Virus record (IMG/VR): IMGVR_UViG_3300031414_000007
Location: 64,001-128,000 of that record
Source of the DNA: a virus
Lineage: Duplodnaviria > Caudoviricetes
Direction: 5' to 3' (one strand)
Length of the DNA: 64,000 nucleotides
Shown here piece after piece: positions 17,896 to 28,509 of the stretch. A program made the translations under genes and the position numbers. Below the pieces are notes generated by a model, which made no database searches, was not told where the DNA came from, and worked only from the letters and a program-made list of their open reading frames with translations. Every line of letters begins with the position of its first letter. Position 1 is the stretch's first letter.

Positions 17896-19337
17896 TACTT
17901 TTTCTCCGCTTTCGCAACAATATCCGTGTTGTGTGCGAGTACATCACCAACGAAGTAGCAGTCAAATGGATCGACGTCAATATCAACAGTCTGCACCAAA
18001 TCGTCTACACGTCTGAACTCGTAAACAGACACTGGGCCTTTACGACCAAGCACTGTATGTCCTGGCTCTACTTCTCGTGCAGGAACGTAACGCCACACGG
18101 ATTGATCATATATCAACACTGGATGCTCATGCGTGAACTTCTGTCCGTTGATAATGAAGTAGTGGTCTTCCTGTCCGTACTTGAGCGCAGTCACGGTAGC
18201 GTTTACCAGATTGCCTTTCAAGCTCTTAGAAGACCAAGCACGGAACTCTTTTGGCTGATTAGAGAAGCTACGCAGGCTATCACCTACACGCAAGTTCTCG
18301 ACAGCTTTAGGTCCAGTAATCGTTTCTACCTCAGAACCAAACACGATACAGCCAGATGTTGAAGTGTTGACAGGGTTACGTGCAACAACGGTCAACGCAG
18401 AACTCACGGTAACAGTTGGGCGCGACGTTTGACCCATATCAGTTACTACGCAGCGGATAGTGCCTTTGATTGTACGATCAGCACCAAGTCCGAGACGCAG
18501 ATAGAAGTTAACAATACACGTTGAGGTAGTAGTCGCATCGAGCGTTACGCCCTCTGTGGTTGTGATAGACCATTGATACTTATATGGACCCACACCTCCA
18601 CGCGCATTGACAGGAAGATATGCGAGCGAGGTAAATACATCAGACCCTTGCACTGCACGTTGACCTACCATGTACAGGCTCGATACTGACGCAGCAAGAG
18701 GTGTTATCGTAGGCAGAGGCGGGGCAGGTGTAACGTTAGCTGTTGGATAGAGCCACACGAATACACGCCCGTCTGTAGGCTGCGCGTTAGACAGAACAGC
18801 AGTAGTGATAGGCGCAGGGCCCGTTGGGCCAGTAGCACCAGCTATACAGCTTGCACCAGTAGCACCACGAGGACCGAGAACGCCCGGAGGCCCATCAGGA
18901 CCGTCGGGACCAGTAGGGCCTGTAGGACCCTCTCGTCCAGTATCACCCGTCTGACCATCAGGACCATCACGTCCCGGTTCACCTACAGGGCCTGTCTTGC
19001 CTCTATTGCCAACAGGGCCAGGACAACCCGGTCTGCCTGTTTCTCCATCACGACCATCACGCCCGTCTCGGCCAGGAGCACCGGGAGCGCCTCGACGCCC
19101 CGGTTTCCCTTCGCCAAACATTGCTACAGTCGGAAGACCAGGAACATTAACTACTTGCCCGTTCTTCTTGATGAAAACTAACACACCTGTCTTGCTGTTA
19201 AACCTTACGCTGGCAATCTGAGTATCTGTCGCCAAGTCACTCGACTCGAACCCGACACTACCATCAACACCAACCAGCGATTTACCTTCATCGTTAGCCG
19301 TTGTTTCGATTTGCGAAAGTTTTAACTGTGTTGTCAT
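17895..19337 (-). CDS. Collagen-like fibre protein with Ig-like domain and C-terminal Hint domain (480 aa)
   Basis: Gly-X-Y run, [10 protein letters not shown] Ig/PKD-like segment, then Hint motifs. Confidence 0.8.
   Translation of the reverse strand: MTTQLKLSQIETTANDEGKSLVGVDGSVGFESSDLATDTQIASVRFNSKTGVLVFIKKNGQVVNVPGLPTVAMFGEGKPGRRGAPGAPGRDGRDGRDGETGRPGCPGPVGNRGKTGPVGEPGRDGPDGQTGDTGREGPTGPTGPDGPDGPPGVLGPRGATGASCIAGATGPTGPAPITTAVLSNAQPTDGRVFVWLYPTANVTPAPPLPTITPLAASVSSLYMVGQRAVQGSDVFTSLAYLPVNARGGVGPYKYQWSITTTEGVTLDATTTSTCIVNFYLRLGLGADRTIKGTIRCVVTDMGQTSRPTVTVSSALTVVARNPVNTSTSGCIVFGSEVETITGPKAVENLRVGDSLRSFSNQPKEFRAWSSKSLKGNLVNATVTALKYGQEDHYFIINGQKFTHEHPVLIYDQSVWRYVPAREVEPGHTVLGRKGPVSVYEFRRVDDLVQTVDIDVDPFDCYFVGDVLAHNTDIVAKAEKK
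17928..18350 (-). other. Intein-like Hint domain (141 aa) within the collagen fibre protein
   Basis: Cys1 in G/CIVFGS, block B THEH (TxxH), block F VDIDV, terminal His-Asn followed by Thr (LAHN/T); no endonuclease insert. Confidence 0.8.
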
Positions 19338-21673
19338 TTCGGTTCAACCTTAATGCACAAGTTACCAGACAGTTTCGAACCATAGCTAGTGATCTGCGCA
19401 TTGGTGATACGCACCTTAGCTATAATGTCGATGAAGCCCTGAGGCTGGTTCTCTTTCAACACGGTGAACATCTGCGTCAGGCTAACGTTTGAGTAAGCAA
19501 TCACCTCTGTGAGACTTGCATCAGAAGTAACAACGTTAAAGCCAGCGCTGCCCGTGCCTTTAAGACCACGACCATATTCAGCTTCTGAGGTGCCCGGCGT
19601 TTTGAACGACAGGACATACTCGATATGCTCTTTACCGCTGGTGGCCGCAAAGCCTGGGCCCAGTTGACACTGGAAGTCAGCGATACAAGTAAGCATCACA
19701 CCCTTTGTGAACTCGATTCGTTGAACGATGGTCAGTTCTTCGGAATCGCCAACAGTCTGCTGGATGTTATACATGTTCTTCGGGTCAGCTTCTTCGGCGA
19801 GAGCCTGAGTGTTACTGATCGTAATCTCTGGCCACGTGCCTTTAATCTGAATACCTTCGCCTTGAATGATAGCAGGAGTAGCGATAGGCACGTCGATGGG
19901 AGGCAGACCTTGACGCTTGAACATGTAGCCTGTCGGTGTTGGGATAGCATCAATAATGACACCATCCACCGAGCTGTCTTTCGAACCCACAGCCATAACG
20001 TTCTCAAAGATTGTGATCTCAATGAGTGTATCGGCAGGGATAGGAGTCAGCGTTTTCAGCGCATTACCAGCAACGGTAAACTCTTGCGTGTGTACTGTCA
20101 GGCCACTCATTGCCATAACGCAGTGCGCTTTATTCAACGGAGTAGTAGGCAGAACAAATGTATCAGCATCATAAGGCAGGCGATACTGAGCAACACGAAT
20201 ACGAGTAGACCAGTTGGCGCGTTCTTCATAGCGAGCTACATAGAAAGTGTATTTCTGACCAGATGGGATTGCTTCTGTAAGCGTGACGCTATTACCATTC
20301 GTGAGTTTATACACGGTGGTAGGCTGCCACGTACTGCCGACAACGCAGAAGATCATATCGACGCTTTCAATCGGCTTGCTGCCAAGTTTAAACAAAGCAG
20401 TCTGGCCGTCACCGACACCTTCATACGTTTCAAACAGGACAACGTGACCCTGCGACGGCTCGATACGGAACTGACGCATATCAAGCTGCATACGTTGCTC
20501 AGGGTAGGACGAAAGCAGAAGCTGATCGTCTACTACGCTATATGCCGTGCGCGGCTGGAGAACACCAGACGTACCAAGCAGTAAGTCAGTTGAGCTATCG
20601 AGAATCTCGGACAGCGTGTAACGTAACTTATCAGGCGTTGCAGTAGTCACAACAGAACTGAACAACATCTTACCAGGAGGTACAAACAGCGTACCGGTAG
20701 TCTGACGAGCACCACCAGCAACAGGTCCCCAATATGGCTGCAAGTCTTTACCGCGATACAACGCCCATGCTTCTGGTACATCGTTGTTGAGCGGCCACGG
20801 TATTCCAGCAGTCGGAGTTGTTGGGTTAGTGATACGACGCCAAACAGCAATCGTTGTCTGAGCACTCACGAAAGGAATCGGGTCGTCCATGTTAACGAAC
20901 TGACCTTTCGTGTATTTAAAGTGACGACACGCACCAGAGCCTGTGCCTGAGATTGTTTGAATCAGAACAACCTCACCCTCTTTCACGCTGGTGATACTTG
21001 CGATCTTGAAGGTGTTTGCGTTGATGAATCCAGAGGCAGTAATCTGTCCGCTGAATACACGGTCATGTTCGCTGAATGCCCAGTAGAATGAGCCAGCACC
21101 GTAACGATAGGCAATACCCGGAGAGCGAGTGCCGTCAGAATTAACGTGCATATCAAGAACCGACACGGCGTTGAACACGTTATCGTTCAAGCTCGGCAGA
21201 TTCTGGAGTGTGGCGGCACTTGGAATTGAAGTGTAATCCGCCATCTTTACAGCAAGAATCTTTTGAATGTCCTGCTGAATGTGTACGAGAAGGCTAACGC
21301 GGCTGATAGAGTTTGGTACTGCGATGATTGGCTCTTCCAGAACAACGTGACCAAAAGGTCGGTTGTCTTTGAGCATAATCAATAGCTCACCAACACGTTT
21401 CAGCGACTCACCTGCAACGTAGTTGACTTTAATATCGAAGACAAAGCGGGCACTGTTCTCGGTAAGAACCTGAACATACGACAAAGCGCCCGACGCAAGC
21501 TCGTTGCCAAGTAACTGCTCTGGAACCACAGACGGGTTAGAGCCTACAAAGTCACCTGCTTTAAACGACACTGGCTGAACTGCAAGTCCACCAGAGTTAG
21601 CGTTCGCAACGGCCTGTTCTCCCTGAGGCGTTAGACGCAATGCGTCAACGTAGATAGATTCAGTGGCCATCAA
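19334..21673 (-). CDS. Baseplate-proximal tail fibre/anchor protein (779 aa)
   Basis: N-terminus [14 protein letters not shown]...FKAGD resembles tail-collar fibre N-domains; [10 protein letters not shown]-type repeats; follows the wedge genes. Confidence 0.6.
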   Translation of the reverse strand: MMATESIYVDALRLTPQGEQAVANANSGGLAVQPVSFKAGDFVGSNPSVVPEQLLGNELASGALSYVQVLTENSARFVFDIKVNYVAGESLKRVGELLIMLKDNRPFGHVVLEEPIIAVPNSISRVSLLVHIQQDIQKILAVKMADYTSIPSAATLQNLPSLNDNVFNAVSVLDMHVNSDGTRSPGIAYRYGAGSFYWAFSEHDRVFSGQITASGFINANTFKIASITSVKEGEVVLIQTISGTGSGACRHFKYTKGQFVNMDDPIPFVSAQTTIAVWRRITNPTTPTAGIPWPLNNDVPEAWALYRGKDLQPYWGPVAGGARQTTGTLFVPPGKMLFSSVVTTATPDKLRYTLSEILDSSTDLLLGTSGVLQPRTAYSVVDDQLLLSSYPEQRMQLDMRQFRIEPSQGHVVLFETYEGVGDGQTALFKLGSKPIESVDMIFCVVGSTWQPTTVYKLTNGNSVTLTEAIPSGQKYTFYVARYEERANWSTRIRVAQYRLPYDADTFVLPTTPLNKAHCVMAMSGLTVHTQEFTVAGNALKTLTPIPADTLIEITIFENVMAVGSKDSSVDGVIIDAIPTPTGYMFKRQGLPPIDVPIATPAIIQGEGIQIKGTWPEITISNTQALAEEADPKNMYNIQQTVGDSEELTIVQRIEFTKGVMLTCIADFQCQLGPGFAATSGKEHIEYVLSFKTPGTSEAEYGRGLKGTGSAGFNVVTSDASLTEVIAYSNVSLTQMFTVLKENQPQGFIDIIAKVRITNAQITSYGSKLSGNLCIKVEPK

Positions 21674-21699
21674 AGAACTCCTTGGGTTTTAACTGTTCT

Positions 21700-21708
21700 A
21701 AATTAGCG
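21700..21708 (-). promoter_or_regulatory. Candidate late promoter motif CGCTAATTT
   Basis: Lies just after a terminator and 27 nt upstream of the ATG at 21673. Confidence 0.65.
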
Positions 21709-21714
21709 TAAAAC

Positions 21715-21753
21715 AAAAAGGGAGCCAGGAACATAGCGCTCCGGACTCCCTTT
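21715..21753 (-). terminator. Rho-independent terminator
   Basis: Minus strand AAAGGGAGTCCGGAGC-GCTA-TGTTCCTGGCTCCCTTT followed by TTGTTT. Confidence 0.8.
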
Positions 21754-21756
21754 ATT

Positions 21757-24700
21757 TTACTGATAGCGCACTGTGATAACTGAGGAGCCAAATGCACGAG
21801 CGTTGGTGCGATAAATCAAGACGTTTTCTGTCAGGTTATCATACACCACTTTCCCTACAATCGGACCCTTCTTGCCGTTATCTCCAGTTACAGGCCACTG
21901 AGCACCGTCGAAACCCTGCCACCCTTTGTTTACTGTTCCAGTACCGTCTGCGGCTGCTGAGAATACAGCGGTACCGTATGACTGTCTGACAACAAAGTAA
22001 CCGTACTCGTCTTGTTTGGTAGACAACACGAACTGGCCACCAGTCTTAGAACGTAAACGCGTTGGCAACTGAGCAAGTGCAATACTCACGCCAGTAATGC
22101 CGAAAGGCGCAACACCGAAGCGTGGATAAGATGACATGGCTTTCATGAAGTGCGTCTGCGTAAGCGTCTGCTGTCCTTCGATATAGATAGCTTTAACACC
22201 AAAGTCGGTATCGTTAAGCAAAGAGGCTATGGTCAGTCGCCCAGTTTGAGCATTGATAGTGATGCCTTGAACATCAACCACATCGCCCTTACTGTTGGTG
22301 ATCTGCCACAGACACTTGGCACTAACATCATCCTTAACGAACGTACCGGTACGGCCGAGTAATGCGTTCATCTGCATTGAACTGTCGTCTCGCACATTCG
22401 TATATCCGCCTACTGTCAGGTCTTGTGGGAAGCCAATGCCTGGGCAAGTGATTTCCTGAACGAGACTGATTTCAGTACGCTGCTCGGTGATGATACACTC
22501 CACTTTAACCTTCTGCGGGTCTTTCGATGCAGGGAAGCGGAAGGTACCGTCTTGAGCCAAAGTAAAGCCACTGACAGACTCAATGATGTTCCACTTGAAC
22601 TTCACGCTGTTTGCATCAGGCAGACGACTTGAGCCGGTAGCACCAGAGCGGCGCGTATAGAACGCAGTGAAACGATAGTCAATGTTCGGACTGATATTGC
22701 CAGCAGGGTTCTCGATGTAGCCGTTGAGAATCGTGTTCTGCGTTTGAAGCTCAATGGTGCGCGTACCGATAATGGTTTCATCAGCAAGTGACATTGGGTT
22801 CTGCTTGGTAAACACAGCGCGTAGATTAATAACACCGTCCGACAACTGCGACTGACCAATGAACAGATGACCGTTCAGTGGATCGATTGATACGCCGTCA
22901 ACGTTTGTCTCGTCACCAATAGACCAGATAGCGTCAGTGGTTGTGAGTTCGTCATCAGGCTCGATGATAACACGCAGGCTGTAAGGAACGTACCAGCGCC
23001 CGTTTTCATATCCGATAGTTGGGTTACGATCAGACACGTCCCACACAACATCAGGTCCGACGATGCCAATTTGACGGAGATAAGTGTTAGCCTGCACAAG
23101 GAACACAAGCAACGTCTTCTCAATCTGATACTGGTCGCACGTAAAGCGAGCGCGAAGAAGCACGGCACCATTAACGTTCTGGCTCGGTGTGAGTGAACCA
23201 TCGGCATCAATCTCTGCAATACTGTCTGTTGTTGGGATAAGCACAGGCGTATTGTTTGGTCCATCTTGCGTGTAGTAGCTCTGCACGACTGCCCATTCAG
23301 AATCGACTTCTAGGTCAAACGTCTTTGGTGTTTCCTCAGCGTAAGAGCCATCAAGAGTGCGCATTACGCCACCAGTCTTATACGTGTTGACCAGAGTGTA
23401 TGACTCGGACAGCACATCAGCACTGATTTGCGTTGCACCTTCAATACGGCTGTTGACGATATTGTTGATACTCTGCTTAGGTGCAGGAGAAACGACCAGG
23501 TCAATCTTGTTGCTCACTCGGAAGAATGAGGCAATAACCTGAGTGTAGGTGTCGTACTCATATTGCAGCTTGCCCGTTTGCAGAATAGCACCGTCGTAAT
23601 ACGCTTTATTCAGGTCAGCAATGCTACCAATCGCGTTGAACATCGGCAGTTTGCTAACGTCCATTGCACGGAAGTCTTTGTAGTCGCTTGGTGTGCGGCC
23701 TTCGATGATCTCAACGATAGCCATACCACTATAGCGACCGGGCGAGAACTGTAAGAACTTATACTCGTCCGTGTCTTTGTCCGGCCAGTTGCCTACCCAC
23801 TCAGCAGCAGTCACATACTCCTGACTACCATCAGCATAAGTCGCAAGCAAACGCACAAAGGTACGCGTCTTCTCATACATCACGTCAGGGCATTCGATGG
23901 TAATGCTGTCCACCAGCGCTCGCGTTGGAATGAGTTGCAGGTCACGGTAGTTTGAGAGTTTCGTTCCGTCGTACTCATACTCCATGCTAATACGCGCAGA
24001 ACCATGCAGGTCTCCCTGATAGTAAAGCACATACTCTTTCACGCTTCTGCCCATGATTGGGTCATACACCGTGTTGTTGCTCAGGCTGACGTTCAGCGTT
24101 ACCCAGCGAGCATAGTCAGGATGATCAGGGTCGAACTGACTTGGGTCTTGCCCTTGCTCTACTGCCTGTTGTTGCAGCCTGATTGTGCGCTGTCTCGCTT
24201 CCTCAATAGCAGAGTCCGATGGGATGTACTCGACTTTCACAGCAGCCGCAGCAGCATACGACAAGCCGTTATTCCACAGACACACAGTAGGCAACATCAA
24301 CGTTGCGCCACTACTGATAGTAGGTGACGAGCGCAGGTCAATCGACTTCGGAATCATGATCGTATCGTTAACGAGAATGATTCGGTTAAACGTGACAGTA
24401 GAGTTACCGTCAATGAACGTGAAGTTCAGGGCGTACTTAACAGCATCACCACTGACCAGAGGCGCTTCGAACTCACCGGTTTGCGTATTAACAAAAGGTA
24501 TAGCGTTGACCGATGTTGCTTTGTCTTCGCTACTGAACCAGATGCCAAACACTTCGGTATAAGCAACCACGATCGATGGGTCACGCGCATCAATCTCTGC
24601 CTGAGTAGCAGAAGCAAGAACATAGAGAGCCATTGCTTTTGGTCGAACAATATCACGCTCAACAACAGTCGCAGGAACAACGAGGTCAATCGTAGCCAGT

Positions 24701-26292
24701 TTAATCTCTGGCGCCCTCATCGTTACTTGCTTTACAGCCTCAACAGGAGTAACTTCACCAAAGACAGCGTAGATAGACGTCAGGTAGTCGCCACGCATAA
24801 TCTTGGACTTGAGAACGTTCTCAACTATCTCCGTATGCTCGCTGGTGGTACGAGCCTGAGCGGTACCCAGCTTGGAAGTACCGTCATTGTACGTGATTGC
24901 ATACTTGAGTTCTACTTCTTCGCCTTGAGGCACTTCATCATCCACGATGATACGCAACTCGGTTGGCACCAAATCTTTAACACTGCGATTGACGTCGAAC
25001 TCCTGAGTCTTGGACATATCGAACTGTCCTTGATAGGAGACGCTTATATCAATCTTGGAATCTGCTTCGACACTAGGCAGAGACAGCGTTGTGCCGTTAA
25101 AGATGCCCAGCGTAGAACTGAGAGCGATCATACCACTGTCAGTTAATTCTTTGGTTGCGCCGGTAGAGAGATACTTACCGTATACACGAACCTTAGCGCT
25201 TGCGTTACCGTATAGCGTTGGGCACTCAATAGAAAGCTCGTCAGGATCAGGCTCAACCCCCATAGGGTAGATGCGAGACTCAAGCGCCTGCTGAGTACCA
25301 TTGTAGGTAAGAGTGAGGTTGATAACAGAGATGGCCAGAGGCTCATTGAAACGAACAGCATTACCGTCACGCTCTGCAATCCAAGTAGAGTCTTCTACCC
25401 ACACCTCAACTGTCTGCTCGGTGCCGTCGCTGTATTTGACGATAGCGCCAAACGTAGTCCACTCACCGCCGCGAATAAACTCAGGCTGAATGAACGATAT
25501 GGACTTCTGCAAAGGACGGCCGACGTTGAAACGCTTAACAGGCTCAACAACAACGTGAGCGCCAAGATACAACTTAGCACCCAAGTTAATAGCAGCGTAC
25601 ACACCTTCGAGAACTTCTTCGATAGGCGCCCATTGATAAAACAGGTCTGCGATTCGGCGGTAGAACATTGCGCTACGTGCGGTGTACTGCTCAACGTCGT
25701 TGTTCACAGGCTCAAAGCCAATGTGATTGTTGAACCAGTCTTCCGCTTCCTGTTGCGTCATGCCTACTTCTTGCAGTGCGTTAACAACGTCTTTCTCTGC
25801 ATCTTTGGTGATAGTTAGATCGAGGCCGCCGTCAATCAAATGTGCATCTACTTCGAGATTGACCTTGTTCGACTTATACCACGTACCGCCGTCTTGAATC
25901 AGAGTACCAAGAGGAGTAGGCACAAAGGTCTGATAGTCAGCGGTATACAGGCGAGAAGAATCGAACTGACCGCCGAGTAACATACCCACGAACTTAGGCC
26001 ACTGAGTTGTACCAGAGACTTGCTGCCAGTCAGGCAAGCAGTCGATAACACGTTTCAACGAAGGTAAACGATACTGCATCAGGTCACGCGTGATATTGAT
26101 GCCGAGCTGGCGAATACTTGCTTCGGCCAACTCGTCGTTTGTGTCACCGCTGATGCGACGAATATTCAACAGTTGCTCAATGGTCTTGAGGTTCTGCTCG
26201 TCGTTGTGTGCATCGAGAATCTCGAACAACTCTGCCCAGGCTTCGTTAGCTTCAAGGAAGTCAATGTTAAAGGCTAGAGTGTTTGATTTCAC
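21757..26292 (-). CDS. Large baseplate wedge protein with Ig-like repeats (gp7/P2 gpI-like position, 1511 aa)
   Basis: Directly downstream of the baseplate-J-like gene; helical N-domain then repeated Ig-like segments (YSDGT, YADGSQEYV, AVWSI). Confidence 0.65.
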   Translation of the reverse strand: MKSNTLAFNIDFLEANEAWAELFEILDAHNDEQNLKTIEQLLNIRRISGDTNDELAEASIRQLGINITRDLMQYRLPSLKRVIDCLPDWQQVSGTTQWPKFVGMLLGGQFDSSRLYTADYQTFVPTPLGTLIQDGGTWYKSNKVNLEVDAHLIDGGLDLTITKDAEKDVVNALQEVGMTQQEAEDWFNNHIGFEPVNNDVEQYTARSAMFYRRIADLFYQWAPIEEVLEGVYAAINLGAKLYLGAHVVVEPVKRFNVGRPLQKSISFIQPEFIRGGEWTTFGAIVKYSDGTEQTVEVWVEDSTWIAERDGNAVRFNEPLAISVINLTLTYNGTQQALESRIYPMGVEPDPDELSIECPTLYGNASAKVRVYGKYLSTGATKELTDSGMIALSSTLGIFNGTTLSLPSVEADSKIDISVSYQGQFDMSKTQEFDVNRSVKDLVPTELRIIVDDEVPQGEEVELKYAITYNDGTSKLGTAQARTTSEHTEIVENVLKSKIMRGDYLTSIYAVFGEVTPVEAVKQVTMRAPEIKLATIDLVVPATVVERDIVRPKAMALYVLASATQAEIDARDPSIVVAYTEVFGIWFSSEDKATSVNAIPFVNTQTGEFEAPLVSGDAVKYALNFTFIDGNSTVTFNRIILVNDTIMIPKSIDLRSSPTISSGATLMLPTVCLWNNGLSYAAAAAVKVEYIPSDSAIEEARQRTIRLQQQAVEQGQDPSQFDPDHPDYARWVTLNVSLSNNTVYDPIMGRSVKEYVLYYQGDLHGSARISMEYEYDGTKLSNYRDLQLIPTRALVDSITIECPDVMYEKTRTFVRLLATYADGSQEYVTAAEWVGNWPDKDTDEYKFLQFSPGRYSGMAIVEIIEGRTPSDYKDFRAMDVSKLPMFNAIGSIADLNKAYYDGAILQTGKLQYEYDTYTQVIASFFRVSNKIDLVVSPAPKQSINNIVNSRIEGATQISADVLSESYTLVNTYKTGGVMRTLDGSYAEETPKTFDLEVDSEWAVVQSYYTQDGPNNTPVLIPTTDSIAEIDADGSLTPSQNVNGAVLLRARFTCDQYQIEKTLLVFLVQANTYLRQIGIVGPDVVWDVSDRNPTIGYENGRWYVPYSLRVIIEPDDELTTTDAIWSIGDETNVDGVSIDPLNGHLFIGQSQLSDGVINLRAVFTKQNPMSLADETIIGTRTIELQTQNTILNGYIENPAGNISPNIDYRFTAFYTRRSGATGSSRLPDANSVKFKWNIIESVSGFTLAQDGTFRFPASKDPQKVKVECIITEQRTEISLVQEITCPGIGFPQDLTVGGYTNVRDDSSMQMNALLGRTGTFVKDDVSAKCLWQITNSKGDVVDVQGITINAQTGRLTIASLLNDTDFGVKAIYIEGQQTLTQTHFMKAMSSYPRFGVAPFGITGVSIALAQLPTRLRSKTGGQFVLSTKQDEYGYFVVRQSYGTAVFSAAADGTGTVNKGWQGFDGAQWPVTGDNGKKGPIVGKVVYDNLTENVLIYRTNARAFGSSVITVRYQ

Positions 26293-27752
26293 TGGTTCAT
26301 CTTCCTTTCGCTATAGGTGATATTGATGCGAAGGTTACGCAGCGCAACATATTCCAGCACGGTGTTAGGGATGATATCCTGAACAGGGCTTTCAATGTTG
26401 CAGTAATCGACTTCTGGTCGACGCGCAGGACGGTCTGGGTCAGTCCAGTCATACAGAACACGGTCTGTTATGTCAGACATTGCGAGACGTTTACCCAGCA
26501 GACCTGGACGACGTTCAAACAGTTTAAGCACCGATTGCTCAAGAACGGCCTGATTAGACTCACGCGTACCAGGAGCATCGGCATAAAGAGCCACATTCAG
26601 AATGCAGTCGATTTGCAGCTTATCTGGATTCCATGCCTGCACATCAAGAGGGCTATTGAATTGAGCCAGCCAGTTCAGGAATTTATTCCATTGCGCAGAG
26701 CTTGGGTTAGGATTGATGCCCCCCCAGGTGCTTGTGTTACGAGGCAGAACAGCGACGCGCACAACACCTTGCCACTCTTTATCGTTTGGTGCAATCTCTG
26801 CCTGACCCTGAACGACCACATCTGCAACGTCTGGATAGAGTGCGATAGCAGCTTTCCATTCATCACGACGAATCAGCTTCTTGCGACTGCGGCCAACGAT
26901 AGGTGCGTAGTTGCGGTAGTAGTCGACAGGCGTTTCATCAGAGCCTCCTAAGATAGCGCTTACTGTTTTACCCTGCAACTGAGAGTTAGACAGGCACTGT
27001 ACCTTCAGGCCGATACTGTCTGTGTTACCACTAGCGCCAAGCGACTTGATACCCTGCACCTTCATCGTGTAGCCTGCTGGTGGCTGTGCGCCCCACTGCT
27101 CACCACCAAACTGAATCTCAACGTCACCTTCATCGGTTGTTACATCGAGAAAGATTTGCTGTTCTGCGTATGCTTCGAACAGGCATTTGTTGAAACGCTG
27201 ATACTCAATCTTAGTGCCAGTCGGATGCTCAAACCAAACACGTAAGTCATCAGTCAGTTGGAAGTTCTCAGTGCCTAGCTTAATCGACATATAATCAATT
27301 GGCTGAGGAACAATCTGGCTGAACGTAAACACTTCACCAATGATGAAGTCCACGTTCTTTATTTCGCCTGGTTCCCACTGCGTTACTTCTGCCAGCAGTG
27401 CATTGAAGTTACCGATAGTGAACGGTGTGTTTTTATCGTATGACTGTTTCACTGAACTCAGGTTAACAACAGCCGCAGTTACCGTAGACACAGACTTGCG
27501 ACCAATATCCACACCAAGATAACGAGCGTTAGCAAGGATAGAGGTGTTGCGTCGAGCCAAACGACTAAATGCTTCACGCGCAGCAATCAGGGAAGCATAG
27601 GCATTCGTTACACCAAGGTCACCCAGTGCGTCGGCAAGTAACGCAGTCAGTGAGCTTACCTGACTGTCCGTCCAATAGCTGGACTTATTGATACGACTCA
27701 GGAAGTCTTTCGCAAACTCCTCATGAGTCGTGTATGTGTTAAGCATGGACAT
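26289..27752 (-). CDS. Baseplate wedge protein (T4 gp6/baseplate J-like)
   Basis: SILANARYLGV, DVEIQFGGEQWG..P, GGSDETPVDYYR, IRRDEW motifs of the gp6/J family; synteny gp25-gp6-gp7. Confidence 0.85.
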   Translation of the reverse strand: MSMLNTYTTHEEFAKDFLSRINKSSYWTDSQVSSLTALLADALGDLGVTNAYASLIAAREAFSRLARRNTSILANARYLGVDIGRKSVSTVTAAVVNLSSVKQSYDKNTPFTIGNFNALLAEVTQWEPGEIKNVDFIIGEVFTFSQIVPQPIDYMSIKLGTENFQLTDDLRVWFEHPTGTKIEYQRFNKCLFEAYAEQQIFLDVTTDEGDVEIQFGGEQWGAQPPAGYTMKVQGIKSLGASGNTDSIGLKVQCLSNSQLQGKTVSAILGGSDETPVDYYRNYAPIVGRSRKKLIRRDEWKAAIALYPDVADVVVQGQAEIAPNDKEWQGVVRVAVLPRNTSTWGGINPNPSSAQWNKFLNWLAQFNSPLDVQAWNPDKLQIDCILNVALYADAPGTRESNQAVLEQSVLKLFERRPGLLGKRLAMSDITDRVLYDWTDPDRPARRPEVDYCNIESPVQDIIPNTVLEYVALRNLRINITYSERKMNQ

Positions 27753-27753
27753 G

Positions 27754-28176
27754 TTACTGTGCCCTCATTGCAAACGTAATTGATTGTTTGTCTTCGAGCT
27801 TAGGACAACGCCATGTGATTACACACACGTAGGTCTGCTCGTATTGATCGCTCATGGTGCAGGCTGTCTTGACGCTGGTTACGTCCTGCGTGAGACCGTT
27901 GTATGGGTCTTCTAGGGCAAGACGCATGTACGTTGCAATCCAGTCAGCCGTTGTTTGATCGAACGGCTCAAACAGATACTGATATACATCGGCACCGAAG
28001 TTCTCACGCCATTTGCGAGACTTCTTACGCGTACCGATTACCATCAGTATCTTCTGGACGATGCTGTCCATGTTCTGCACGTTATCGCGCGGTTCAAGTT
28101 GAATCCACGCATTAATATCACAATAGATGCGCTCGCTAATCGGCACATCTATCAGACGAACTCCGATTCCAGCCAT
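27754..28176 (-). CDS. Baseplate wedge subunit (T4 gp25/gpW-like)
   Basis: ILMVIGTRKKSRKWRENFGADVYQYLFEP matches the gp25 T..G.R....FG..L...LFEP pattern. Confidence 0.85.
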   Translation of the reverse strand: MAGIGVRLIDVPISERIYCDINAWIQLEPRDNVQNMDSIVQKILMVIGTRKKSRKWRENFGADVYQYLFEPFDQTTADWIATYMRLALEDPYNGLTQDVTSVKTACTMSDQYEQTYVCVITWRCPKLEDKQSITFAMRAQ

Positions 28177-28466
28177 TAGCCAAATCTCACATTAGAACTA
28201 CCACTCGAAGCTGTGTCGCCGCAACTGTTAGCGTCACCAGCACGTTGCGCAGGCTTACCGTTGACACGCACACTAGAACTTGAAGTAGCTTTCCCGACAT
28301 GAGGAGGCTTCTTTGGTTTCCAGTGAGGACGATAACTATCGCCTTGACGAACACTCCCTTTTCCATTCACAAGCACGTTAGAAGATGCCTGAGCAGGGAC
28401 AACAGGAAAATAACCATTGTGTCCAGTAGACAGATCTGTGCCTAAACGAATAGCTTTCTGACCCAT
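28176..28466 (-). CDS. PAAR-domain spike tip protein
   Basis: IRLGTDLSTGH, VLVNGKGSVRQGD..H, VRVNGKPAQRAGD...CG...GSSNV. Confidence 0.9.
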   Translation of the reverse strand: MGQKAIRLGTDLSTGHNGYFPVVPAQASSNVLVNGKGSVRQGDSYRPHWKPKKPPHVGKATSSSSVRVNGKPAQRAGDANSCGDTASSGSSNVRFG

Positions 28467-28489
28467 GTTAATTCTCCTCTGTTAGGCAC

Positions 28490-28498
28490 AAATTAGCT
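28490..28498 (-). promoter_or_regulatory. Candidate late promoter motif AGCTAATTT
   Basis: Between the terminator at 28516 and the PAAR start (24 nt upstream). Confidence 0.65.
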
Positions 28499-28509
28499 TG
28501 TTATGCAGT

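Noticed and set aside
10776-19337. Short DNA repeats (ggacc/gggcc, accatcacg) suggesting CRISPR or a tandem array
   Set aside because: They are codon repeats of Gly-Pro-Thr and Gly-Arg-Asp collagen triplets in open frames, with no repeat-spacer structure.
1-21673. Diversity-generating retroelement or invertible tail-fibre cassette
   Set aside because: No reverse transcriptase, recombinase, near-identical template/variable repeat pair or flanking inverted repeats seen in this window; paralog similarity is protein-level only.
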